A stretch of 64,000 bases of DNA from Candidatus Actinomarina sp. (GCA_038142145.1 JAYQJM010000005.1:252733-316732); one strand, 5' to 3'. Shown: positions 18,970 through 30,282, counted from the stretch's first letter. Translations and numbers: made by a program. The notes: generated from the letters alone by a model not told the origin.

Positions 18970-19939
18970 TGAAAATTTGTCATATAGTTAACACTCTTTC
19001 AGGTGGTGGGGCAGAAAACCATTTATTAGATTTATGTAAATTGCAAACTGCTGACGATATAAATGTTTCAATAATTGTATTAGGACCTGATTTAAAAAAT
19101 TTTAAGTCATTAGAAAATGATTTTAAAAAGTTAGGTATTAATATTTACAGACTTCAGTTACCTAGATTGTTTAACCCAGTTTCAATATATAATTTTTTTA
19201 GAATATTAAATCAAACCAATTTTAAAACCATACATTCTCACCAGCCTCGAAGCGATGTAATGGTTTATGTATATAGATTATTTCGTAAACATACATTTAG
19301 GTGGATAGTTTCAATACATGGTAAATACGATACTTACCTTGAAAAAAATAAATTTCTAGATTACCTAATGTAATAAGTTACTGGATGTCCAAAAAAAATA
19401 TAAACAATTTAACTACAAAAGTTCCAACATTTGGTTACTTAGGTCGAATTAATCAAAATAAAGGTATAGAAGATTTATTAGAAGTATTTAACTCAATAGA
19501 AGATGTGTTTGAACTTAAAATCGGGGGAGTTGGTGAAGAAAGTTATGTAAATAAAATTAAAAAAAATATTAGCCAAAATCAAAATAAAAAAATTGAATTT
19601 TTAGGTTATGTTGAAAATCAGGACAAATTTTTTCAAAAAATTGATTTTTTTGTATTTCCCTCATACTCAGAAGGCTTAGGTTTAGTGTTACTTGAAGCAA
19701 TGAGTTATCAAAAAATTTGTATTACAAGAAATGTGCCTCCTATGAATACATTTATTAACAATCATTCAGGATATTTATTTTCTGATAATAATGAATTAAG
19801 TGATGTAATTAAAATGTCTATTCAAAATTACAATAATTCTGAATTCTACAAAATGAAAATCAAAGAAATGACTAAAGTTTTAGATAGATATGATTTACAA
19901 AATTTATTTCCAAAATTATTAGAATTGTATAAAAAATGA
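18969..19939 (+). pseudogene. GT4 glycosyltransferase pseudogene: N-domain fragment (18969-19373) and C-domain fragment (19385-19939) in different frames, with ~60-80 aa of the N-domain missing
   Basis: N-frag MKICHIVNTLSGGGAENHLLDL (GT4 N-term); C-frag begins VPTFGYLGRINQNKG and has EGLGLVLLEAMSYQKICITRNVPP (E-x7-E). The two frames overlap across an A7 run at ~19341-19350, and total length 318 aa vs ~360-400 typical. Confidence 0.65.
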
Positions 19940-22362
19940 AAGAATATTCTCATTTAGAAATTGAAAAGCATTGGCAAAAATTTTGGTTAGACAATAAAAC
20001 CATTTCTTGCAATGTAGAAAGTTCAAGTAATAAATTTTATAACCTTTGTATGTATCCCTATCCAAGTGGTGATCTTCATATGGGACACATAAGAAACTAT
20101 ACAATTGGTGACGTAATTACTCGGTTTAAATTAATGAACGGATATAACGTATTATCGCCTATGGGATGGGACTCATTTGGGTTACCAGCTGAAAATGCAG
20201 CAATAAAAACTGGAATTCATCCTAAAAAGTTTACAGAAGATCGAATATCCAATATGACAGATCAAATTAAGCGTTTAGGTTCTCTTTATGATTGGGATAA
20301 GGAGTTAGCAGCCCATAATGTTGATTACTATAAGTGGACACAATTCATTTTTATTAAACTTTTTGAAAATGAACTAGCCTATAAAAATGATGCACCAGTT
20401 AACTGGTGCAACTCTTGCAATACAGTTCTTGCAAACGAACAAGTAATTGAAGGTGAGTGTGACAGGTGTGACTCAGTTGTTGAACAGAAAAATTTGAATC
20501 AGTGGTTCTTTAAAATTTCAGAATACGCAGATGAATTACTCGATGGACTTAATGAAATAGGTGACTGGCCCGCAAATGTTAAAGCTATGCAAAAAAATTG
20601 GATTGGCAAGTCACAAGGCGCTGAATTTAATTTGAAAATTAAAGACTTGGAAGAATCAATTAAAGTATTTACAACAAGACCAGACACATTATTTGGAATG
20701 ACATTTGCAGTTATTTCTCCTGAACATCAACTAATTGATAAAATCACTTCTCAGTCAGATAATTCTGAAATAATTACAGAATACGTCAATTCAGCAAAGT
20801 CTAAAACTGAGTTTGAAAGAATGTCTTTAACAAAGGAAAAGACTGGTGTAGATACGGGCTTGAAGGTTATCAATCCTGTTAATAATGAAGAAGTATCCTT
20901 ATGGGTAGCTGATTATGTATTAACAAATTATGGAACTGGTGCAATCATGGCAGTTCCTGCTCATGATCAAAGAGATTATGATTTTGCTAAAAAATATGAT
21001 ATTGAGATAAAACAAGTAATTTCTGACAAAAGTCAATCTACAAATATTGACTCTGAAGCATTTATTGATGAGGGGTATCTTATCAACTCAGGGAAGTTCG
21101 ATGGATTAAAGTCACACACTACTGGTTCTGAAGAGATTATTAAATTTTTAGTTGAAAACAATATCGGTGAAAAGAAAACTTTATTCAGATTAAGAGATTG
21201 GTTAATAAGCAGACAAAGATATTGGGGTTGTCCAATTCCAATAATTAATTGTGATAAATGTGGTTTAGTTCCGGAAAATATTGAATCTTTACCAGTTCTT
21301 CTTCCTGAAATTGACGATTATAAAAATTCAGAAGACTCACCCTTAGCTAAAAGCATAGAGTTTTTAAATACCAAATGTCCTAAATGTGGTGAAGACGCAA
21401 CTAGGGAAACTGACACAATGGATACATTTGTTGATTCATCTTGGTATTTTCTAAGATATATAGACTCTCAAAATAGTGAAAAGCCATTTGATTCAGATCT
21501 GGTTAACTCTTGGCTACCTGTAGACCAATATATTGGCGGAGTAGAACATGCAATATTGCATTTACTGTATTCTAGATTTTTTGTTAAAGCGCTTAGAGAT
21601 TTGGGTTATTTGAATTTTAATGAACCGTTTACGAACCTGTTTTCACAAGGAATGATTAATTTTGGTGGTACCAAAATGTCTAAATCAAAGGGAAATATTG
21701 TAGACCCAGAATCATATTTTCAAACTCATGGAGCAGACGCATTAAGATTATATATTTTGTTTATGGCTCCACCAAGTGACGGTGTTGAGTGGAATGATGG
21801 GGGAATTGAAGGTACAAAAAGATTTTTAAACAAGTATTGGGATAATCTTTTACAACTAAATAGCCTAAAAGAAACTAAAACTGATAAAGAGGATGGATTG
21901 CTAAGAACACTTAACCAAACAGTAAAATCAGTAACCGAGCATTTTTCGAATTTTGAATTTAATACAGTAGTTTCAGATTTAATGAAATTAAATAATGAGT
22001 TATCTGAGTACCTTAAGAACTGCAATACTATATCTTTGTCTACAAAAAATCTAGTAATTAGCAAATTTACTAGGTTACTTCACCCACTTTCTCCACATAT
22101 TTCAGCAGAAGTATTTAGCTCAATATTCGAAAAAGATATTACCAAAGAAAGTTGGCCTGAATTTGATGAAAATTATTTAACAAATCCAACATTTGAACTA
22201 GTTGTTCAATTAAATGGTAAAAAGAAATTTGCAATTGAAGTTTCTACAGGTATTACTCAAGATGAAGCTGAGAAGATATGCAAAGAAAATTTTGATCTTA
22301 ACGCTGATGGGTATTCCAAAATAATTTTTATAAGAGATAAAATAATTAATTTTGTTGATTAA
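19936..22362 (+). CDS. leuS: Leucyl-tRNA synthetase
   Basis: [13 protein letters not shown] (HIGH), KMSKSKGN (KMSKS), CP1 editing domain, Zn-knuckles CxxC; 808 aa. Confidence 0.95.
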   Translation: MKEYSHLEIEKHWQKFWLDNKTISCNVESSSNKFYNLCMYPYPSGDLHMGHIRNYTIGDVITRFKLMNGYNVLSPMGWDSFGLPAENAAIKTGIHPKKFTEDRISNMTDQIKRLGSLYDWDKELAAHNVDYYKWTQFIFIKLFENELAYKNDAPVNWCNSCNTVLANEQVIEGECDRCDSVVEQKNLNQWFFKISEYADELLDGLNEIGDWPANVKAMQKNWIGKSQGAEFNLKIKDLEESIKVFTTRPDTLFGMTFAVISPEHQLIDKITSQSDNSEIITEYVNSAKSKTEFERMSLTKEKTGVDTGLKVINPVNNEEVSLWVADYVLTNYGTGAIMAVPAHDQRDYDFAKKYDIEIKQVISDKSQSTNIDSEAFIDEGYLINSGKFDGLKSHTTGSEEIIKFLVENNIGEKKTLFRLRDWLISRQRYWGCPIPIINCDKCGLVPENIESLPVLLPEIDDYKNSEDSPLAKSIEFLNTKCPKCGEDATRETDTMDTFVDSSWYFLRYIDSQNSEKPFDSDLVNSWLPVDQYIGGVEHAILHLLYSRFFVKALRDLGYLNFNEPFTNLFSQGMINFGGTKMSKSKGNIVDPESYFQTHGADALRLYILFMAPPSDGVEWNDGGIEGTKRFLNKYWDNLLQLNSLKETKTDKEDGLLRTLNQTVKSVTEHFSNFEFNTVVSDLMKLNNELSEYLKNCNTISLSTKNLVISKFTRLLHPLSPHISAEVFSSIFEKDITKESWPEFDENYLTNPTFELVVQLNGKKKFAIEVSTGITQDEAEKICKENFDLNADGYSKIIFIRDKIINFVD

Positions 22363-23021
22363 TGATTGCTATTGTTACAGAAAAATTAATAAATAATTTA
22401 GATTTAATACCTTTTGACACTTCTAATACTGAAAAAATTACTATTGAAGAGCTAAATAAAAATGCAGCACAATTATTTGAAAATACTACACAACAGTTCA
22501 TTTACGATGAATTTTTTACAATCTCTAAAATTAGAAATTTAAACATACCATCCAAAAAAAATTTAATAATACAAATTAAAAAAAATAATCTTTCTAAATT
22601 AAATGAATTAAATGAAGAAGTAGATGTAGTTTATCCTTTAGAAGCTGAAAAATCTTTATATCCTTGGGATTTAACCAAAGTTTTTTACAATGAAAATTTA
22701 AAAATTACCGATAAACTAATAAATGAATTTTCTGGTGAAGTGAAAAAATTTCAATTTTTTTTATTCTATTTTCAAAAAGAAATTTTAAGAATAAAACTTC
22801 TGAAAGAATTTGATAATACCGAGACCTCGTTAATTCTAAATGAAAAGGAAGACTTTAAGTACAAAGATGCTTCTAGTAAAGCAACAAAAATATCATTAGA
22901 GCAAATTGATCATATCCTTTTGATGATTTTCAAAATAGAAAAAATGTTAAATAAATATCCATATGAGCCTGAAAAAGCAAAAAGATTCTTTATCTCTTGT
23001 AAAAGAATATTACAGTTTTGA
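22362..23021 (+). CDS. Hypothetical 219-aa protein; by position (leuS... -> <-rpsT, lepA) possibly a reduced DNA polymerase III delta subunit (HolA)-like protein
   Basis: Conserved Gram-positive context places holA convergent with rpsT upstream of lepA; no diagnostic motif recognised; low-complexity Lys/Asn-rich. Confidence 0.3.
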   Translation: MIAIVTEKLINNLDLIPFDTSNTEKITIEELNKNAAQLFENTTQQFIYDEFFTISKIRNLNIPSKKNLIIQIKKNNLSKLNELNEEVDVVYPLEAEKSLYPWDLTKVFYNENLKITDKLINEFSGEVKKFQFFLFYFQKEILRIKLLKEFDNTETSLILNEKEDFKYKDASSKATKISLEQIDHILLMIFKIEKMLNKYPYEPEKAKRFFISCKRILQF

Positions 23022-23234
23022 AATTTTAGATTTATTTCTATCTCTAAAGTTTTTAGTAATAATTCCTTTAGAGTGTGCAATGTCTAAAGTTTTCATTGCA
23101 ATTTCTTTATTTTCAACTTTTTCATTTTCAACAGACTTAAGTACGCCTTTAAGTTGAGTCTTAATTGACTTGTTCCTAATGTTTCTTTTTTTGTCTTGTC
23201 GTATTCTCTTTTTTTGTGATTTAATATTAGCCAT
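23010..23234 (-). CDS. rpsT: 30S ribosomal protein S20 (bS20)
   Basis: MANIKSQKKRIRQDKKRNIRNKSIKTQLK... matches S20 N-terminus; 74 aa; divergent from lepA. Confidence 0.9.
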   Translation of the reverse strand: MANIKSQKKRIRQDKKRNIRNKSIKTQLKGVLKSVENEKVENKEIAMKTLDIAHSKGIITKNFRDRNKSKISKL

Positions 23235-23273
23235 GTAAAACCTTTCGGTATATAAGATATTAACTTAAAAGAG

Positions 23274-25052
23274 ATGTTAGATAATAAAAATATAAGAAAT
23301 ATTTCAATTATTGCCCATGTAGATCATGGTAAATCAACATTAGCTGATAGATTAATTGAAATAGCTGGATTAATTGAGCCCGGTAAACATAATGACCAAA
23401 TCCTAGACAGTATGGACTTGGAGCGTGAAAAAGGAATAACAATTAAATCTCAGCCAATCAGACTAAAATTTGATGATTTAATAATAAATCTAATTGACAC
23501 ACCAGGACACGTAGATTTTTCATATGAAGTTTCACGAGCATTAATTGCATGCGACGGAGCCATATTACTTGTAGATGCTACTCAAGGAATTCAAGCACAA
23601 ACATTTGCACATTCATATGCTGCAATTGAAGCTGGATTAGATATCATACCAGTTTTAAATAAAATAGATTCTATTGATGCTGATGTGAAATCAGTAAAAA
23701 AACAGATTTTTAACTTAATAGGGTCTAAAGAAGAAGAGATTTTTGAAATCTCTGCCAAAGATGGAGTAGGGGTAGAGAACCTTTTAGATAATATTCCATC
23801 TTTAATTTCACCACCGGTTTCTAAAGCTGATAAAACCAATGCACTAATTTTTGATTCATTTTTTGATTCATATAGAGGTGTTGTTGCGTCAGTCAGAGTT
23901 TTTGGAAAAAGTATTGGATCTAATCAAAAATTAAAGTTAGTAAATTCAAAATATGAATTCGAACCAACTGAAATTGGTTATTTTGATCTTGGATTTAACA
24001 AAACAGATGTTTTAAATGTTGGAGAGGTTGGTTATATTATTACAGGAGCTAAAGATCTTTCTCAAATAAGAGTAGGAGATACTTTGGTTGAAGCAGCTGA
24101 TGAAAATCCTATTATTGTATCTGGATATAAAGAACCTCAACCAACAGTTTTTTCAAGTATTTTTCCAGCTGACTCAGATGATTATGCAAAATTAAGAGAC
24201 TCACTAGATAAATATGTGTTAAATGATGCAAGTTTTTTTTACGAACCAGAAACCTCGTCCGCTTTTGGCTTCGGTTTCCGCTGTGGCTTTCTAGGCTTAC
24301 TTCATTTAGAAATAGTAGTTGAAAGACTTGAGAGAGAGTTTGGACTATCCCTAATTGTCACGCCACCTTCTGTTGAATTTCAATTAATAAGAAATAATGA
24401 TGAAAAAATTTTAATTCGAAATCCAAATGAATTAGAAAAATACACTGACATTAAGTCCATTCAAGAAAAATATTGTGAAGTTAATCTTCTTTTTCCAAAG
24501 GAATATTTAGGTTCAATTATGCAGTTATTGAATGAAAAAAGAGCAATTCAAAATAGCATGGAATACTTGAGCACAACAATGGTAAAGATCAGCTATAAGC
24601 TTCCTTTATTAGAATTAGTTTCAGGATTTTATGATCAGCTTAAATCTATATCTCAAGGTTTTGCAACATTAGATTACTCTATTTTAGAATTCGAAACTGG
24701 GAATTTAGTGAAGCTTGATATTTTAGTTAACGGACAAATAGTGGATTCGTTTAGTTCTATCTTATCTAAAGAAAATGCTGAATATATTGGTAGAGCGAGA
24801 GTTAAAAAATTATCAGAGTTAATTCCTAGACAGCAATTTGACATTCCTATACAAGCTGCAATTGGTTCAAGAATTATTGCTAGAGAAACCATCAAGGCCC
24901 TTCGAAAAGACGTAACAGCAAAACTTTATGGTGGTGATGTTACTAGAAAAAGGAAGCTTTTAGAAAAACAAAAAGAAGGTAAAAAAAAGATGAGGCAAAT
25001 TGGTAAGGTAAATGTTCCTAAAGAAGCCTTTAGAGAATTTCTTAAGCAATAA
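23274..25052 (+). CDS. lepA: Elongation factor 4 (LepA)
   Basis: IIAHVDHGKSTL, DTPGHVDF, NKID GTPase motifs; LepA C-terminal domain; 592 aa. Confidence 0.95.
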   Translation: MLDNKNIRNISIIAHVDHGKSTLADRLIEIAGLIEPGKHNDQILDSMDLEREKGITIKSQPIRLKFDDLIINLIDTPGHVDFSYEVSRALIACDGAILLVDATQGIQAQTFAHSYAAIEAGLDIIPVLNKIDSIDADVKSVKKQIFNLIGSKEEEIFEISAKDGVGVENLLDNIPSLISPPVSKADKTNALIFDSFFDSYRGVVASVRVFGKSIGSNQKLKLVNSKYEFEPTEIGYFDLGFNKTDVLNVGEVGYIITGAKDLSQIRVGDTLVEAADENPIIVSGYKEPQPTVFSSIFPADSDDYAKLRDSLDKYVLNDASFFYEPETSSAFGFGFRCGFLGLLHLEIVVERLEREFGLSLIVTPPSVEFQLIRNNDEKILIRNPNELEKYTDIKSIQEKYCEVNLLFPKEYLGSIMQLLNEKRAIQNSMEYLSTTMVKISYKLPLLELVSGFYDQLKSISQGFATLDYSILEFETGNLVKLDILVNGQIVDSFSSILSKENAEYIGRARVKKLSELIPRQQFDIPIQAAIGSRIIARETIKALRKDVTAKLYGGDVTRKRKLLEKQKEGKKKMRQIGKVNVPKEAFREFLKQ

Positions 25053-25687
25053 TGTTTATTCCAACAATCTTTAATCCTGACATACATGAGAGTGATGAGC
25101 TAGTTGAAATTGGCGATGATAAATTACATCATATTAAAAAAGTTTTAAGAAAAGAAAATGGTTCTGAATTAAAAGTTACAAATGGACAAGGTTTAATTTT
25201 GGGGGGTAAATTGCATAATAGAAATGTAGAAATTAGCTCTAAAAACATATATAACAGAACACTTAGCTACTCTATTTTTTTACCTCACTTAAGAGAAAGA
25301 AACAGGTTTAGATTTATGCTTGAGAAGCTTACAGAATTAAATTCTCATTACATATTTATTGGTTCAACTGAAAATTCTCAGAAAACAAATATAAAAGAAA
25401 ACAATATATTTTCATGGCTTGTTTCCGCAATAGAGCAATCGGGAACACCTTTTATTCCTGAAATAGAGTTTGTTCCTAGGTTAGATTTTGATAAATTTAC
25501 AAATGGTCTTGATATTTCAGGTAAAACACTTTTAAAAAATAAAAAAGAACTTAAGAATATAGCTATAGGGCCAGAAGGTGGATGGTCTAAGTCAGAATTA
25601 GCCAACTTTAAATCATTAATAAGATTAGCCGACAATTCTTTAAGAACCGAAACAGCAGCTATCACCGCAGCTTCTTTAATGTTGTAA
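25052..25687 (+). CDS. rsmE: 16S rRNA (uracil1498-N3)-methyltransferase RsmE (SPOUT family)
   Basis: N-terminal PUA-like HHIKKVLR..G..L.VTNGQG and C-terminal IAIGPEGGWSKSEL SPOUT knot motif; 211 aa. Confidence 0.7.
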   Translation: MFIPTIFNPDIHESDELVEIGDDKLHHIKKVLRKENGSELKVTNGQGLILGGKLHNRNVEISSKNIYNRTLSYSIFLPHLRERNRFRFMLEKLTELNSHYIFIGSTENSQKTNIKENNIFSWLVSAIEQSGTPFIPEIEFVPRLDFDKFTNGLDISGKTLLKNKKELKNIAIGPEGGWSKSELANFKSLIRLADNSLRTETAAITAASLML

Positions 25688-25697
25688 ACTAAATTAT

Positions 25698-26036
25698 ATG
25701 GAACAATCTATTTTTGAAAAAATATTAGTAGGTGAAATAAGCTCTGAGATAATTTACGAGGATGATTTTGTATTTGCGATTAATGACATAAACCCTGTAG
25801 CAAGAATACATATATTGGTTATACCAAAGAAAAGAATTGATACATTAAATCAGATGAATGAAGAGGATACAACATTATTAGGTCATATGGTATTAGTAGC
25901 AAAAAATTTAGCTAAAGAACAAAAAATTGATGATACAGGATATAGAATTTTGATGAATACAAATTCTGATGCAGGACAAACTGTATATCATATTCATTTG
26001 CATTTAATTGGTGGGGAAGAACTAAAGGGAATTTAG
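25698..26036 (+). CDS. HIT-family nucleotide hydrolase (histidine triad protein)
   Basis: HIHLHLIGG histidine-triad motif; 112 aa. Confidence 0.85.
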   Translation: MEQSIFEKILVGEISSEIIYEDDFVFAINDINPVARIHILVIPKKRIDTLNQMNEEDTTLLGHMVLVAKNLAKEQKIDDTGYRILMNTNSDAGQTVYHIHLHLIGGEELKGI

Positions 26037-26968
26037 TGTTAAAAGAAAAAGAAATACCTTTAGGAACGGAACTTGTAAATATATTTGGGGTAAATGATCA
26101 AAATTTAAATTTTTTAAAATCTCAGTTTCCAAATTCCAAAATAAATCTTAGAGGTAACATTGTTTACCTAGAGGGTTCAAAAGAAGACATACAGAACGCA
26201 ACCAGTATTATTGATGAGCTGCTCATCATGAGTTCACAAAATAAAAAAATTGATGTTGAGGATTTAGAACTTATGTTAAATTTTCAAACTAATAAAGAAT
26301 CGTTGGATCAAAAAAATAATTATATAAATGTTTATCAAGACAAAATTATTAAATTAAAAAACTTAAGTCAGTTTAAATATATAGAAAACATCAACAAATC
26401 AGTTGTTACATTTGGTATAGGTCCTGCTGGAACAGGAAAAACTTTTTTAGCTGTAGCTAGTGCTGTTAAATTATACGACGAAGAAAAAGTAAAAAAAATT
26501 GTGCTTACAAGACCTGCTGTAGAGGCAGGAGAAAGACTGGGCTACCTTCCAGGGGATTTGTCTCAAAAGATTGACCCATACCTTGTTCCACTTTTTGATT
26601 CACTAGAATATTTTTTTGGTAATGAAAACTTACAATATTTAATTGAAAAAAGAGTTATTGAGATTGTCCCGTTAGCGTATATGAGAGGTCGTACTTTAAG
26701 TAATGCTTGCATTATCCTAGATGAGGCTCAAAATGCAACTGTTAGTCAAATTAAAATGTTTCTTACGAGAATTGGAGATGAATCTAAAATCATCATAACT
26801 GGAGACGAATCTCAAGTTGATTTGCAAAATAAAGAATTTTCAGGCCTCAAAAAAGTTAGGAAAAGCTTATCAAATATTGAAGAAATTTCTATTTCCCTTT
26901 TCGAAAATAAAGATATTGTAAGAAATAAGATAGTTTCTAAAATATTAGAGGTATTTCCAGAAAAATGA
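26036..26968 (+). CDS. phoH: PhoH-like ATPase (YbeZ)
   Basis: Walker A GPAGTGKTFLAVA, Walker B ILDEAQN; N-terminal KH-like; conserved upstream of 7TM-HD/ybeY. Confidence 0.88.
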   Translation: MLKEKEIPLGTELVNIFGVNDQNLNFLKSQFPNSKINLRGNIVYLEGSKEDIQNATSIIDELLIMSSQNKKIDVEDLELMLNFQTNKESLDQKNNYINVYQDKIIKLKNLSQFKYIENINKSVVTFGIGPAGTGKTFLAVASAVKLYDEEKVKKIVLTRPAVEAGERLGYLPGDLSQKIDPYLVPLFDSLEYFFGNENLQYLIEKRVIEIVPLAYMRGRTLSNACIILDEAQNATVSQIKMFLTRIGDESKIIITGDESQVDLQNKEFSGLKKVRKSLSNIEEISISLFENKDIVRNKIVSKILEVFPEK

Positions 26969-29133
26969 ACAGTTTATATATTCAGCATATTAGGAAAATA
27001 TTTTACCTAATTGTATTTGCAGCAGGTGTTTGGTTTGTATCATTTACTATTTTTCCTGAAAACCAAATAGTAAAAATAGAAATTGGTGATAGATCACCAG
27101 CAAATTTTTCAGCTCCTAGATATTTAACTGTTGTAGACGAACAAGCTACAAATAATCTTAAGGATGCAGCAGCAGCTTCAGTTCCACCTGTTTATACAAT
27201 AGATACTTCAATTAATATTGGTGTGATAGACGGAATAACAGAGATGTTTTTGACAGTTATTAAATCAAGAACAGAAGAAAAGTTAGTTACTACTGAATCA
27301 GACAATCCAGAAGAAACTACTACTTCTGTTGAAGTAATTAATCTGTCTAAGATTGATCAAATCAATAAAGTGAGTTCATCAGTATTGTTTTCTACTATTT
27401 CTACATCATCAATTGAAGTGTTGGTAGAAATTTCTAGTTTGGATTTTAAAAACTCAACTAATTTTTTGACACAAATTGAGTTCGAATCAAAAAGTAAAGC
27501 TAACGAATTTCTTTCAAATGGTGTTAATAGTGAAAACTTAAATCAAATAAGACAGTCTATAGTTTCTAATCCTCCTCCTTTAAATTTATCCAGTGAGTTG
27601 TATGCATTAATACCAGAAGCAAGAATCAGATCATTAGTAGCTGAAATAATAGCTGAGAATTTAATAGCAAATCAAAAACTTGAAGAGGAATTGTGGTCTG
27701 AACAAAGAGAAAAAGCATCTGAAAGCATTAATCCAGTAATAGTACAGTTTTTTAAAGATGAAAGTATTGTTAGTGAAGGTCAAATAATTTCTCCAGTAAT
27801 TTTTGATGCACTTAATGAATTTGGATACTTATCAGGTGAATCAAGAACAGTACAAACTTCAGCTATACCTATAATTTTTTCAGTCTTTTTAGTTTTATAC
27901 GTATTGCTTTGGAGGTTAAGAGACTCTATTTGGAGAAATGATAACGAACTTTTGTTAATGCTAACTCTGATATTAATATCATCACTTTTCTTGAGGGGAG
28001 TCTCTTTTTATTCTCAAAATTCAAATTTAGATTTTATTCAATATGCTTTGCCAATTTCATTTGTTGGAATAATTTCAGTAACTTTATTAAATCTCAGAGC
28101 AACATTAATTTTATCTTTAAGCAGTTCTCTTTTAGCTTTAGCTGGAGGAGGTAATATTGGATTAGTCGCTCTTGGTGCTCTTGGGACTATAATACCAGCA
28201 ATATTCCTTTCTGAAGATTCAGACAGGAACCAACTTAGAAGTAGAATTCTATATATTTCATTCACTCAACCACTCTTAGCTTTTGGTGTTTACTTCTTTT
28301 TAAGAGAGGATGAAAATTTAACTCAGATTTTAATAATATCTTTCCTTAGTGCTTTGTTTGCTAATTTAGCCGCACTTTCTTTTACAACGTACGTGGAAAA
28401 TATTTTTAAGTTAGCATCTAGTTTCAAATTATCTGAATTAGCCGATAGGAATCATCCTGCTTTAAGGTACCTTGAAGAAAATGCACTTGGTACTTTTAAC
28501 CACTCCCTTGTTGTAGGAACTTTAGCTGATCGAGCCGCAAATCAAATTGGAGCAAATAGTCAACTTGCCCGTGCTATGGCTTATTACCATGATCTTGGTA
28601 AAACTATAAATCCAACAATGTTTGTTGAAAATCAAATTGGATATGCAAATCCACATGACAGTCTTTTACCTACCGATTCCGCTCAAATTATTCAAAGTCA
28701 TGTAGTGGAAGGTGTAAAGCTTGCTAAAAAATTTAAAATTCCAGAAATAGTATATCAAGGAATTAGGGAACATCATGGTGATTCAGTTATAAGATATTTT
28801 TATGAAAAAGAAAAAAAACTTAATCCTTTTGTGGTCAAACAAGACTTTAGACATTTAGGTGAAAAACCATCTTCAAAAGAGTCTGCTATTTTGATGTTTG
28901 CAGATTCATTAGAAGCAGCATGTAGAGCTATATTTCTTGCAGAGGATGCTGATAAAGAAAAGATAAAACAAGTAATAGATAATATATTCAATGAAAAAAT
29001 TAATGATAACCAACTTGAAAATGCACCATTAACATTTAGAGAAATTTCAATTATTAAACAATCTTTTCAAGAAAGTTTAGAGGGTCTATATCATCAAAGA
29101 GTTTTATATCCTGAAATTTCTGAAGAAGAGTAG
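26965..29133 (+). CDS. 7TM-receptor-with-intracellular-HD-hydrolase family membrane protein (YqfF/PgpH-like; possible c-di-AMP phosphodiesterase class)
   Basis: Extracytoplasmic N-domain, 7 TM block, C-terminal HD domain (HSLVVGTLADRAA...YHDLGK); 722 aa; phoH-7TMHD-ybeY order. Confidence 0.75.
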   Translation: MNSLYIQHIRKIFYLIVFAAGVWFVSFTIFPENQIVKIEIGDRSPANFSAPRYLTVVDEQATNNLKDAAAASVPPVYTIDTSINIGVIDGITEMFLTVIKSRTEEKLVTTESDNPEETTTSVEVINLSKIDQINKVSSSVLFSTISTSSIEVLVEISSLDFKNSTNFLTQIEFESKSKANEFLSNGVNSENLNQIRQSIVSNPPPLNLSSELYALIPEARIRSLVAEIIAENLIANQKLEEELWSEQREKASESINPVIVQFFKDESIVSEGQIISPVIFDALNEFGYLSGESRTVQTSAIPIIFSVFLVLYVLLWRLRDSIWRNDNELLLMLTLILISSLFLRGVSFYSQNSNLDFIQYALPISFVGIISVTLLNLRATLILSLSSSLLALAGGGNIGLVALGALGTIIPAIFLSEDSDRNQLRSRILYISFTQPLLAFGVYFFLREDENLTQILIISFLSALFANLAALSFTTYVENIFKLASSFKLSELADRNHPALRYLEENALGTFNHSLVVGTLADRAANQIGANSQLARAMAYYHDLGKTINPTMFVENQIGYANPHDSLLPTDSAQIIQSHVVEGVKLAKKFKIPEIVYQGIREHHGDSVIRYFYEKEKKLNPFVVKQDFRHLGEKPSSKESAILMFADSLEAACRAIFLAEDADKEKIKQVIDNIFNEKINDNQLENAPLTFREISIIKQSFQESLEGLYHQRVLYPEISEEE

Positions 29134-29135
29134 AT

Positions 29136-29567
29136 TTGAAATTAATTTTTTCTGGATATTTTTATAAAAATGAGAAAGAAAAATTAACTTTTGCAAAAAA
29201 TATATTTTTAAATAAATTTCCAATTTCAAAAAACTTTATTGTTGGTTTCCATTCAGTAAATGAAGAAGAGTCAAAAAAGTTGAATTTTGATAGTTTTAAT
29301 AAAAACAACCCAACCGATGTTATTACCTTACCTTTATACGATTCACTTCAAGACATTCAGAATCTAAATCAATCAAATGAAGAAGTTATTAGTGATATCT
29401 TTATATGTAGAAAAATAATTAAATCTAATTCTTTGAGTTATGGAAAAAATTTAATTGAAGAAATGCAGTTAATACTAATTCATGGTTTACTTCACTCAAT
29501 AGGATACACTCATGATGAAGAGAAAAAATTAAGAACACTAGAAGAAACAATAATGAAAAAGGTTTGA
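29136..29567 (+). CDS. ybeY: Endoribonuclease YbeY (16S rRNA 3-prime maturation)
   Basis: HGLLHSIGYTHDEE = HxxxHxxxxxH zinc motif; 143 aa. Confidence 0.85.
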   Translation: MKLIFSGYFYKNEKEKLTFAKNIFLNKFPISKNFIVGFHSVNEEESKKLNFDSFNKNNPTDVITLPLYDSLQDIQNLNQSNEEVISDIFICRKIIKSNSLSYGKNLIEEMQLILIHGLLHSIGYTHDEEKKLRTLEETIMKKV

Positions 29568-29568
29568 G

Positions 29569-30282
29569 ATGATCGAAGAAAATAAACTCAATCATTTAGC
29601 TGTAATCATGGACGGTAATGGAAGATGGGCAATCAATCAAGATTTACCTAGAACAGCTGGTCATGCTGCTGGTGAGCATTCATTGTCTAACACAATCGAT
29701 TGGGCAATAGATAATAAAGTTGAATGGTTGACAGTCTATGCTTTTTCTACAGAAAACTGGTTTAGATCTGATGAAGAAGTTGATTTTCTTATGTTTTTCA
29801 ATAGAGACATTTTAATAAGACGTAGAGATGAATTTAATAGAAAAGGAGTAAAGTTTAGATTCTTAGGTGATCTTGAAGATGCAAAAATTCCAGATGAAAA
29901 TAAAAAATTAATGAAAGAAACTGAAAGATTAACAATCAACAACGATACATTGAATTTAGTTTTTGCATTCAACTACGGTTCTCATAATGAAATACATAAA
30001 GCTATTTCAGATTTTCATAATAAAAATATTGGCAAAACTACGAATACCCAAAGTGTTGAAGAAAACTTTTATAGCTTTTTTCCCTTTCCAGAAATCCCTT
30101 TTCCCGATGCTCTTGTTAGAACTGCAGGTGAAAAAAGAATAAGTAATTTTTTGTTGTATCAACTTTCTTATTCAGAAATTATATTTATTGATGCTTTGTG
30201 GCCTGATGTAAATAAAGACATATTGGACGATGTCTTACTAGAATTTAAATCAAGGAATAGAACTTATGGAAGAAACAAATAA
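29569..30282 (+). CDS. uppS: Undecaprenyl/decaprenyl diphosphate synthase (cis-isoprenyl transferase)
   Basis: HLAVIMDGNGRWA and RTAGEKRISNFLLYQLSYSE motifs; 237 aa. Confidence 0.9.
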   Translation: MIEENKLNHLAVIMDGNGRWAINQDLPRTAGHAAGEHSLSNTIDWAIDNKVEWLTVYAFSTENWFRSDEEVDFLMFFNRDILIRRRDEFNRKGVKFRFLGDLEDAKIPDENKKLMKETERLTINNDTLNLVFAFNYGSHNEIHKAISDFHNKNIGKTTNTQSVEENFYSFFPFPEIPFPDALVRTAGEKRISNFLLYQLSYSEIIFIDALWPDVNKDILDDVLLEFKSRNRTYGRNK

